From assembly GCA_902630355.1 (NCBI GenBank), contig CACOUL010000010.1:567-64566 (forward strand): a stretch of DNA of 64,000 bases. The letters are read 5' to 3'. The translations under genes and the position numbers were made by a program. The stretch comes from Planctomycetaceae bacterium. Its GTDB lineage: Bacteria; Planctomycetota; Planctomycetia; Pirellulales; UBA7805. Positions 56,539 through 64,000 of the stretch are shown in pieces. The stretch's first letter is position 1. The number at the start of each line of letters is the position of its first letter. The notes beneath the pieces are model-generated. The model saw only the letters and a list, made by a program, of their open reading frames with translations. It was not told where the DNA came from and ran no database searches.

Positions 56539-58473
56539 ATGACAGAAAAGAAAAAACCTGCCGTCGGTATTGACCTGGGTACCACGCATTCCGTTGTCGC
56601 TTATTTGGATAGCGAGGGCCGGCCCACGACTATTCATAACCTCGAAGGTGGAATCACTACCCCGAGCGTGGTCTTTTTTGACGAAACGGGCCCAGTGGTC
56701 GGCAAAGAGGCGGCACGTACTGCCGCTTTCGAGCCCGAAATGATTGCCCAGTTTGCCAAGCGGGACATCGGGGCAGCTGCCTATCAAAAGCAGGTTGGCG
56801 GTATGGAGCTTCCGCCCGAGGTCATCGAAGCGATCATCTTGAGAAAACTCAAGGAAGATGCGGAGCTTATCCTGGGTGAGGTCCAAGATGTTGTCATCAC
56901 AGTGCCAGCCTATTTTAACGAACCGCGTCGGAAAGCGACTCAGGATGCGGGAGAGTTGGCCGGGTTGAATGTACTCGACATTATCAACGAACCGACGGCT
57001 GCCGCCATCGCATATGGCGTGCACCAAAAATTTTCACCCTCGGACGAACCGATCGAGGGTAAGGAAACCGTTTTGGTTTACGACCTCGGCGGTGGAACCT
57101 TCGATGCCACACTGATGGAACTTACCAACAGTCAATACACTGCGATTGCGACAGCAGGTGATGTGCATCTTGGAGGGATTGATTGGGATAATCGCATCTT
57201 CGAGTTTGTCGCCGAGCAGTTTATCGATAATTTTCAAACTGATCCACGGGAAGACGATTCTGCGGCGGAGCGACTCAGGCAATCTGCAGAGGTAGCAAAA
57301 ATGGCGCTCACGGCAAGAAGCGCCTATAAAATGCACTGCGAGTACGAGGGCAATCGCCTGCGTCTTGATATCACGCGAGAACAGTTTCAGGAATTAACGC
57401 AAGATCTTGTCGAACGTACGCTTTTTACAATTCGCCGGATGCTGAAAGAGGCCTCACGAACGTGGGATGACATCACCAGAATTTTGTTGGTTGGTGGGTC
57501 GACGCGGATGCCCATGGTCATCGAGGCACTGGAATCCGAATCGGGTGTGGTGATTAATCGTTCGATTTCACCGGACGAAGCGGTGGCTCACGGTGCCGCC
57601 GTCTATGCCGACCTGGTACTCTCACAACAAAGAGGAGAGCCCACGGATCTTTTAGTGAAGAATGTCAACTCGCATGACTTGGGTGTCCTTGCAGTGGAAG
57701 CGAGTACCGGGATGCCGCGGCGCAAAATACTTATACCGAAAAATTCACCACTTCCTGCCATGGGATCGGGCGGATTTAAAACTCGGGACGAAAATCAAAA
57801 AACGATTGCCGTCAACGTGATTGAAGGTGGCGATGCGAGCGGTCGCAATGCAACGAAGATCGGTGCTTGTGTGGTGTCGAATCTTCCCGAGGGCCTTCCT
57901 GCCAAGACGGCAGTCGAGGTTCAATTTCAGTATTTAGAGAATGGGCGACTGACGGTCGACGCCAAGATTCCGAATACCGAAGTTCAGGCCACGTTGGAAA
58001 TAGAAAGGGCTGCGGGTCTCTCAGAGGAAAAAATGGAATCCTGGGAAAAGTGGATTGCCGAAGGTGCCATTTTGACTCCGATGGCTGATGTGGAACTGCT
58101 TCAAGAAGAGGATTCGGACGAGGTCGACGAGATTGAGGAAATTGATTGGGAAGATGACGGGGAAGCAGCAGACGACGCGGTCGAGGAATTTCAGTTCGAG
58201 GAAGATTCCACGGACGACACCGATTCAACCGAGTCGTCGGCAGAAGCTACTCAGGAGTCAGGTTTCGATTTTTCAGACTTTTCACCGGAGGGTGAAGCGC
58301 AGGAAGATAAGCAAGATCAAGATATCCAGGAGAACGAGTTTTTTGCCCCCGAAGACACAAATGATTCGTCCGAGGTCGCCTTCGACGGATTGGTAACCGA
58401 AGGGTCGGAATCACAAGAGGATGTCGAGACGGATGATTCGGACCTGGCAAACTTTCTCAAAGATATCGAGTGA
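56539..58473 (+). CDS. Hsp70-family protein (DnaK paralogue) with a long acidic C-terminal tail
   Basis: ATPase motifs VGIDLGTTHS, VITVPAYFN, DIINEPTAAAIAYG, VYDLGGGTFD, ILLVGGSTRMP. The C-terminal 130 aa are Asp/Glu-rich. Confidence 0.85.
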   Translation: MTEKKKPAVGIDLGTTHSVVAYLDSEGRPTTIHNLEGGITTPSVVFFDETGPVVGKEAARTAAFEPEMIAQFAKRDIGAAAYQKQVGGMELPPEVIEAIILRKLKEDAELILGEVQDVVITVPAYFNEPRRKATQDAGELAGLNVLDIINEPTAAAIAYGVHQKFSPSDEPIEGKETVLVYDLGGGTFDATLMELTNSQYTAIATAGDVHLGGIDWDNRIFEFVAEQFIDNFQTDPREDDSAAERLRQSAEVAKMALTARSAYKMHCEYEGNRLRLDITREQFQELTQDLVERTLFTIRRMLKEASRTWDDITRILLVGGSTRMPMVIEALESESGVVINRSISPDEAVAHGAAVYADLVLSQQRGEPTDLLVKNVNSHDLGVLAVEASTGMPRRKILIPKNSPLPAMGSGGFKTRDENQKTIAVNVIEGGDASGRNATKIGACVVSNLPEGLPAKTAVEVQFQYLENGRLTVDAKIPNTEVQATLEIERAAGLSEEKMESWEKWIAEGAILTPMADVELLQEEDSDEVDEIEEIDWEDDGEAADDAVEEFQFEEDSTDDTDSTESSAEATQESGFDFSDFSPEGEAQEDKQDQDIQENEFFAPEDTNDSSEVAFDGLVTEGSESQEDVETDDSDLANFLKDIE

Positions 58474-58811
58474 TCTCAAGGCCATGGGAATCATGCGCTC
58501 CGCATATCACGCGGTGAAAAACGTACTGTAGGGCATGTTTTTAAGTATCGTGCCGGAGTGTTTAATTGGGCAATTCAGGCGACCTGGCTCAACTCTTTTT
58601 GCTAGCAGTGATTGATTTGTGAGCAAAGCCAGTTTTTGAGCTTCTTCGCACAATGAATCTGGCTTACCTCCTTTTACCCTTTCGCAGACGTGTTCTAAAC
58701 TTCAGGAGGGGTTCGTGACGAATGAAGGAGTTGAGTGGATTTATTTGTTTCAGGAAATAAATAAGGGTCAGATAAGTGCTGCAGAGAGTATGGATTAAAG
58801 GAAGCCGACAT

Positions 58812-59825
58812 ATGATTCGCAGCTTGCTGCTTGTGGCCACTCTCGTGGTCAGCTTTGCCGCACAGAACTCTGGTGCCCAGGACTGGGCAACGAAGATGTT
58901 TGATCGCGTGGAATACGATTTTGGAAGTCTTGCCCGCGGTGCCAAATCTGAACACACGTTTAAAATTAAAAATCACTTTGAAGAAGACATTCGCATTCAA
59001 AGTGTCCAGTCCAGTTGCGGCTGTACTATCCCACAGATCAGCAAAGAAGTTCTGGCCTCAGGTGAAGAAGCCGAGTTGGTGACTGAATTCGATACGATCA
59101 AGTTCAAAGGACCTCACTCGGCAACGATTACGGTTACGTTTGCCCCACCCTTCTCCGCTGAAGTTCGGCTGCAAGTTCGAGGTTATGTCAGACAGGATGT
59201 CGTTTTCGAACCGGGTCGCATTGAATTCGGCCAGGTTCCCGCCGCTGATGGCGCCAGCCAAGCAGTTGCGATCTCGTACGCCGGTCAGGACGGCTGGAAA
59301 ATAGAGGATGTCCGCAGTGCCAGCGATAATTACGAAGTTGAACTTCGTGAACTTGAACGCGCAGGCAGTCGCGTGGAATACGAAATGCTCGTCCGCCTCA
59401 AAGAGACTGCACCCACCGGCTATCTCAGCGATCAATTGACGTTGGTCACAAGCGATTCAGAAAGGCGTTACATTCCCCTGATGGTTGAAGGAAGGGTTGT
59501 GCCGGCCGTTGATGTAGAACCCAAATCATTGCATCTCGGAGTGGTCAGGCCCGGAGAGTCAGTAACGAAACAACTGGTGGTTCGTGGAACGACACCCTTC
59601 CGCATTCTTGATGTTGCCTGCGAGAAGCCAGATGATTGTTTCCAGTTTGCGGCAAACGATAAAGAGAGAAAGCTGCATTTAATTCCGGTCACGTTTACAG
59701 CAAGCGATACTCCGGGGAAAATTGTGGAAACAATTCAGATTACCACAGGGTCCCAGATCGCTGCCGATTCGGGTGATCAAAAAGCACTTGAGGTCGTGGC
59801 GCACGTGGAAGTACTCGAAGATTAA
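58812..59825 (+). CDS. DUF1573-like secreted protein (Ig-like/ASH repeats)
   Basis: Signal peptide MIRSLLLVATLVVSFAAQNSGAQD; hallmark F.F.N....I..V.SSCGCT motif. Confidence 0.72.
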   Translation: MIRSLLLVATLVVSFAAQNSGAQDWATKMFDRVEYDFGSLARGAKSEHTFKIKNHFEEDIRIQSVQSSCGCTIPQISKEVLASGEEAELVTEFDTIKFKGPHSATITVTFAPPFSAEVRLQVRGYVRQDVVFEPGRIEFGQVPAADGASQAVAISYAGQDGWKIEDVRSASDNYEVELRELERAGSRVEYEMLVRLKETAPTGYLSDQLTLVTSDSERRYIPLMVEGRVVPAVDVEPKSLHLGVVRPGESVTKQLVVRGTTPFRILDVACEKPDDCFQFAANDKERKLHLIPVTFTASDTPGKIVETIQITTGSQIAADSGDQKALEVVAHVEVLED

Positions 59826-59850
59826 ACCGAGTTGTCTCGCGGTATCGTTC

Positions 59851-60339
59851 TCAATTGCCGCTTCCGAGCGAGTTCACCCTCCATAACCAGTCTTGGATGG
59901 ACCCCTCCGGCAGGATCTGGAGAATCGGTTCTGCCTTGCCTAAAAAGAGAAGCACGGCAAGCCCAAGTAAGAGTCCGACGAATCCAAAAAATACGATTCC
60001 GAATAGATGCATCAGCGGTGAGATGCGTCGCGATGATTTTGTCTTTCTATCGGAACGGATTATTTCTGTTGCCACGCCATCCGCCGTCGCACTGCCGAAA
60101 ATCGCGGCATCGATCAGGGGGCCACTTTCCTGATTCAAATCGCCACTGTCGAAACTGTGATTCGCATCTAACGCCTGAGTCGAATTCCTGACTCGCACCA
60201 TAGGCAGCGCATCGGACTCGATCTTTTCCCAAAAAAAAGACCCATCACAGAGCGAGCATTCCACCTCGGCTGAGAGCGGTACGTCTTGAGAGACCCCCAC
60301 TTTTTTTTCACAGTGAGGACAGCGAATCAGATTTATCAT
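59851..60339 (-). CDS. Zinc-ribbon protein with a C-terminal TM anchor
   Basis: CPHC...(x17)...CSLC N-terminal ribbon; TM helix LMHLFGIVFFGFVGLLLGLAVLLFL. Confidence 0.5.
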   Translation of the reverse strand: MINLIRCPHCEKKVGVSQDVPLSAEVECSLCDGSFFWEKIESDALPMVRVRNSTQALDANHSFDSGDLNQESGPLIDAAIFGSATADGVATEIIRSDRKTKSSRRISPLMHLFGIVFFGFVGLLLGLAVLLFLGKAEPILQILPEGSIQDWLWRVNSLGSGN

Positions 60340-60374
60340 GAGGCGGAATGGCTTTCAGATTCAATCAATTGATT

Positions 60375-61892
60375 TCAGAGATTGTAGATTTCTGACATCT
60401 TTCCCCGCAAGTAGTCGATAAGGAAATGATGCGCAAGGGGTTCCCCGGTGACGCGCTCTACCAACTCGCCCGCAGAGTACCGCTGTCCCCACTGGTGGAT
60501 GTTTTCTTGGAGCCACGTGCGAAAGGGGGCAAAGTCACCATTGGCAATCCGCTTATCAAGATCAGGGATATCTTTTTTACACTGCGCAAAAAATTGTGCA
60601 CTGTATAAATTTCCAAGTGCATAGGTGGGGAAGTAGCCGATGGCCCCACCACTCCAGTGGATATCCTGCAGCACGCCCTCGGCCGGATTTTGCGGTCGCA
60701 TACCCAAATAGGATTCATATTTTTCATTCCATGCATCCGGCAAGTCCGCTACCCGCAACTGTTGATCAACGAGCAGTTGCTCTAACTCGAAGCGAATTAG
60801 GATGTGAAGATTGTAGGTTACCTCATCTGCTTCCACCCGAATCAACGAGGGGGTAGCCGTGTTCACGGCGGCGTAAAAATCATCCAGAGACACTTCCGCG
60901 AGCGATGAAGCAAACAGTTGCTGAGCGCGAGGATAGAAATATTTCCAAAAAGCGCGGCTTCTTCCGATCTGGTTTTCCCATATCCGCGATTGCGATTCGT
61001 GAATCCCCAGCGAGATGGTTTGGCCCGGGGGCAATCCGTACCATTCCTTTTGCAGTCCCTGCTCGTAAATCCCGTGTCCCGCTTCGTGTAGGATGCCAAA
61101 GAGTGCAGTGGGTAAAAAATGTTCGTCGTACCGTGTGGTGATTCGCGTATCGTCGGGACCGATTTCAGTACAGAACGGGTGGATTGTGGTGTCGAGTCGT
61201 CCTCGCTGAAAATCAAACCCAATGGCTGCGGCAACCTCGTTTCCGAACTTCTTTTGTTTTTCGATATCGAAGGATCTTTTGAGGCACTCGTCTGCAATAA
61301 GCGGACTGCGAGAGGTGATTTCTCCGAGCAGCGACACAAGATCTTCCCGGAGTTTTCCTAAGATGGCCGCGGTCTCAGCGGTGGTGGCCCAGGGTTCATA
61401 TTCATCGAGCAGTGCATCGTAGCGACACTCGGTAAAACCGACCGCATCTGCTTCTTGGCACTTCAATCGCACCATGTGTTCAAGATTTGGAAGGAATATC
61501 GAAAAGTCGTTCTGTTCGCGTGCGCGCTGCCAGTCGTGCTGCCCCTGAACGGCAGTCCGCGTAATTTCCTTCACTAGCGAGGAGGGCAATTTTTGTTGTC
61601 GGTCAAACTGCCGCTTCGACTCGCGGATCACGGTGCTGGTGAGTGAATGAGGTTCAGCATCGAGGGTTGAATCGGTAAGCTCGTCAAGCCACTCGCCGAG
61701 CTGCGGGTCGGTACGGCGGCTGTGAATCAGGCCGGCCAGGTAGGTCATCTGCTCTCCGCGATACCCTGCCGCCTCAGGCGGCATACCTGTCCTCTCATCC
61801 CACCCGAGCATTGATAGCGTGGATTCAAGAATTGCCGTTTCGCGAAGAAAAGCACAAAGGCGATCGAAAACAGGCGGATCGGTATCGGACAT
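60375..61892 (-). CDS. M32 carboxypeptidase (Taq-type metallocarboxypeptidase)
   Basis: HEAGHGIYE zinc motif, DIHWS, GYFPTYALG. ATG 61892 is preceded by AAGGAA. Confidence 0.88.
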   Translation of the reverse strand: MSDTDPPVFDRLCAFLRETAILESTLSMLGWDERTGMPPEAAGYRGEQMTYLAGLIHSRRTDPQLGEWLDELTDSTLDAEPHSLTSTVIRESKRQFDRQQKLPSSLVKEITRTAVQGQHDWQRAREQNDFSIFLPNLEHMVRLKCQEADAVGFTECRYDALLDEYEPWATTAETAAILGKLREDLVSLLGEITSRSPLIADECLKRSFDIEKQKKFGNEVAAAIGFDFQRGRLDTTIHPFCTEIGPDDTRITTRYDEHFLPTALFGILHEAGHGIYEQGLQKEWYGLPPGQTISLGIHESQSRIWENQIGRSRAFWKYFYPRAQQLFASSLAEVSLDDFYAAVNTATPSLIRVEADEVTYNLHILIRFELEQLLVDQQLRVADLPDAWNEKYESYLGMRPQNPAEGVLQDIHWSGGAIGYFPTYALGNLYSAQFFAQCKKDIPDLDKRIANGDFAPFRTWLQENIHQWGQRYSAGELVERVTGEPLAHHFLIDYLRGKMSEIYNL

Positions 61893-62037
61893 CAAAATTC
61901 CTTTTTGTCGGATGTGAGATTCCGCAGAACGAAACATCGACCTGCCAGATTGTTCTGTCAAAAAATGCGGATTGATTTTAATCAAAATAAGCGTAGAACG
62001 TGAGTCGCGGCCCCCTATTTTCTATCAGGCTCTATTT

Positions 62038-62751
62038 TTGGGAGAGACGTGCGTTGTGGTTGCTCTGGATGTTTTAATTGTGGCCCCCCATCCCGATGAT
62101 GCGGAGTTGGGTATGGCGGGAACGATATTGAAGTTCAAACAGGAAGGTCTGAAGGTAGGCGTGTTGGATTTGACCAGCGGTGAGCCTACACCCCACGGTT
62201 CAGAGGAAATACGCCGTGAGGAAACCGCGGCGGCGACCGAAATTCTTCAACTCGATTTGCGTGAGAACCTGGGTCTTCCGAATCGACGTCTCCAGGCGAG
62301 TCTCGAAGCGCGTAAAGAACTGGCCGGTTTCATCCGGAAGACGCAGCCTCGCTGGTTGTTTGCGCCCTATTGGGTCGATGCCCATCCGGACCATGTGGCC
62401 GCAACCGAGTTGGTGGAGGCTGCCCGATTTTGGGCGAAGCTCACCAAAACGGATCTTCCCGGTGACCCGTGCCACCCGGAGAGAATTTTTTATTACTTTT
62501 CAATCCATTTGAAGTGCGTTCCTCAACCAGCATTTGTTGTGGATATCAGCCAGCATTGGTCGCAGAAGATGCAAGCCTTAGAGTGCTATCACAGTCAACT
62601 TGTCGCGGGTCGCCCGACCGAGCCTATGACCCTGCTTGAGCAGTTGCATCACGAGGCAGCATTCTGGGGTAAGTCGATCGGAACGCGCTATGGAGAACCT
62701 TTTGCGAGTCGCGAACCGGTGGGCCTCAGTAGTCTCTCGACCCTTCTCTGA
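62038..62751 (+). CDS. PIG-L/LmbE-family N-acetylglucosaminyl deacetylase (BshB-like)
   Basis: VLIVAPHPDDAELGMAG zinc-binding motif and HPDH. Start uncertain (TTG 62038 or GTG 62056). Confidence 0.8.
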   Translation: MGETCVVVALDVLIVAPHPDDAELGMAGTILKFKQEGLKVGVLDLTSGEPTPHGSEEIRREETAAATEILQLDLRENLGLPNRRLQASLEARKELAGFIRKTQPRWLFAPYWVDAHPDHVAATELVEAARFWAKLTKTDLPGDPCHPERIFYYFSIHLKCVPQPAFVVDISQHWSQKMQALECYHSQLVAGRPTEPMTLLEQLHHEAAFWGKSIGTRYGEPFASREPVGLSSLSTLL

Positions 62752-62974
62752 GGCACCTCTCGCCATCAAGGGTATCCGCGATATCGTTTCTATCTGCTAG
62801 CGGGCAATCGGCATCACGTCCCTTGGCAACAAGGGGTAAATCATCTGTAGGGACTATGCCGATAAAAACTGCATTGCGGTTTATGTAGCTGGCAAGCGCA
62901 CGAATTTTCACGATAGCCGGATCAGACGAATAATCCGGAGTAACGGGACCAGACCTGAATGGCCGATAAAAAGC

Positions 62975-63295
62975 GTGGTGCCAAATACATCGGCGAACAA
63001 TCCCACAACGCTCGACCCCACGGCCTCAGGCCGGGTAATAGAAGGAGAACACCCCGTGCCTCAGGATATTAATGTCTTAGCCATGGTCAAAGGTAGCGAG
63101 CGTTACGTCTTTCTGTTCGACGACAGTAGTCGAGCGGCCACATTGCGGCTGTTGGGGAAGTATGCGTCGGACCCCGATTTGAGTTTCACCTGGTATGACG
63201 CAGCGATCCTCTCGCAGCGCATACGGCAAGAGGTCCCGGTCAGTGAAAAACGCTTTGACCTTCCGCTTCCGCTCGATCAGGATGAACTTCTCTAA
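62975..63295 (+). CDS. Hypothetical small protein
   Basis: ORF only. An alternative ATG at 63083 would give about 70 aa (MVKGSERYVFLFDD...). No motif recognised. Confidence 0.35.
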   Translation: MVPNTSANNPTTLDPTASGRVIEGEHPVPQDINVLAMVKGSERYVFLFDDSSRAATLRLLGKYASDPDLSFTWYDAAILSQRIRQEVPVSEKRFDLPLPLDQDELL

Positions 63296-63324
63296 AATCC
63301 AGTGAGCCTCCACGTGGCCTTTCT

Positions 63325-64000
63325 ATGATCCGCACGGCCATTGAAAGCTTCATCGAATATCTTCGCGTCGAACGCAACGCCTCGGATCTTACCATTAAGA
63401 GTTACGAGGAAGATTTAATTGCCCTGGTGCTCTATTTCGAGGAGACGGAGGGCCGCGAGGTACAACTTTCGGAAGTGACCACGCTCGAACTCCGCCGATT
63501 CGTTGCAGAATTGCAGCAGGCGGGTTATGCAAAATCGACGATCTCCCGAAAACTGGCTTGTCTGAGAAGTTTTTTCCGGTTTGCCGTGCGCGAAGGATGG
63601 GTCGAAGCAAATATTGCCAAGCCGCTACGCAACCCGCGCGCGGGGCGAAAATTACCCCACTTCCTTTCGGCAGAAGAAATTGCCCGCTTGCTCGAAAGCC
63701 CACCTTCCACCAGTGCTTCGGGAGTACGTGACCGCGCCATTTTGGAAACCATGTACTCGGCCGGTTTGCGCGTGAGCGAATTGGTCGGCCTCTCGATTGA
63801 AGACATCGACTTCAGCGCAGGACTCGTCCGGGTACGAGGAAAGGGTCGCAAAGAACGACTTTCTCCGCTCGGATCGTATGCTCAAAAAGCGATTAAAAAT
63901 TGGCTTTCCCAAAGAGAGCCCAATCCAAAAGCGACCAAAGAGCATGCATCGGCCGTCTTTCTCAATCGCTTCGGCAATCGATTGACTTCTCGAAGTGTGG
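63325..64000 (+). CDS. XerC/XerD-type tyrosine recombinase (3' end outside the window)
   Basis: My own translation from ATG 63325 gives MIRTAIESFIEYLRVERNASDLTIKSYEEDL...RDRAILETMYSAGLRVSELVGL...VRGKGRKERL. The frame stays open to the window end. Not in the ORF track because no stop is reached. Confidence 0.85.
   Translation, partial: MIRTAIESFIEYLRVERNASDLTIKSYEEDLIALVLYFEETEGREVQLSEVTTLELRRFVAELQQAGYAKSTISRKLACLRSFFRFAVREGWVEANIAKPLRNPRAGRKLPHFLSAEEIARLLESPPSTSASGVRDRAILETMYSAGLRVSELVGLSIEDIDFSAGLVRVRGKGRKERLSPLGSYAQKAIKNWLSQREPNPKATKEHASAVFLNRFGNRLTSRSV

Overview
This 64-kb window is chromosomal and mostly housekeeping. It looks like a Planctomycetota genome: a prepilin-type N-terminal methylation/DUF1559 protein with its small lipoprotein partner, TIGR03067-like and DUF1573-like proteins, two ECF sigma/anti-sigma pairs, and GroES with an N-terminal extension. 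I can support about 60 protein-coding genes. I found no rRNA, tRNA, CRISPR array, transposase or phage gene; the only recombinase is a partial XerC/D-type gene at the 3' edge. Recognisable blocks are listed here. (1) RNA methyltransferases, SppA and an ECF pair (2-8 kb). (2) folK-panC-lgt (9.5-12.7 kb). (3) A convergent nucleoside uptake/salvage/catabolism cluster, upp-nupC-hpt facing deoC-PNP-PNP-deoA-cdd-nudix (20-27.4 kb). (4) Sulfite reductase, then a minus-strand string of trkH, trkA, a 2Fe-2S ferredoxin and a large unknown protein (29-38.5 kb). (5) purU, hisS, groESL, glpD and an SRAP protein (42.5-50.9 kb). (6) A receiver-like gene, a kinase-like gene and a DsbD-family gene (51.3-55.4 kb). 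(7) An Hsp70 paralogue, an M32 peptidase and a PIG-L deacetylase (56.5-62.8 kb). The most interesting observation concerns the DsbD-family thiol:disulfide reductase. The ORF track splits it in two, but it is interrupted only by one in-frame TGA, placed exactly at the first Cys of the CxxC motif of its thioredoxin-fold domain. A small hairpin lies at a SECIS-like distance downstream. This makes it a candidate UxxC selenoprotein; the alternative is a nonsense pseudogene. Other leads are: a tandem PNP pair in which one copy carries an Asn-to-Asp change at the base-specificity position; a lipoprotein with a (C-x-P)n repeat; a structured intergenic RNA candidate with cobalamin-riboswitch-like blocks and its own terminator, pointing antisense into the receiver-like gene; a terminator-containing leader upstream of a sugar-phosphate isomerase; and domain insertions or fusions in Lgt, FolK and NupC. 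All family assignments come from motif recognition by eye. No database search or folding program was run.
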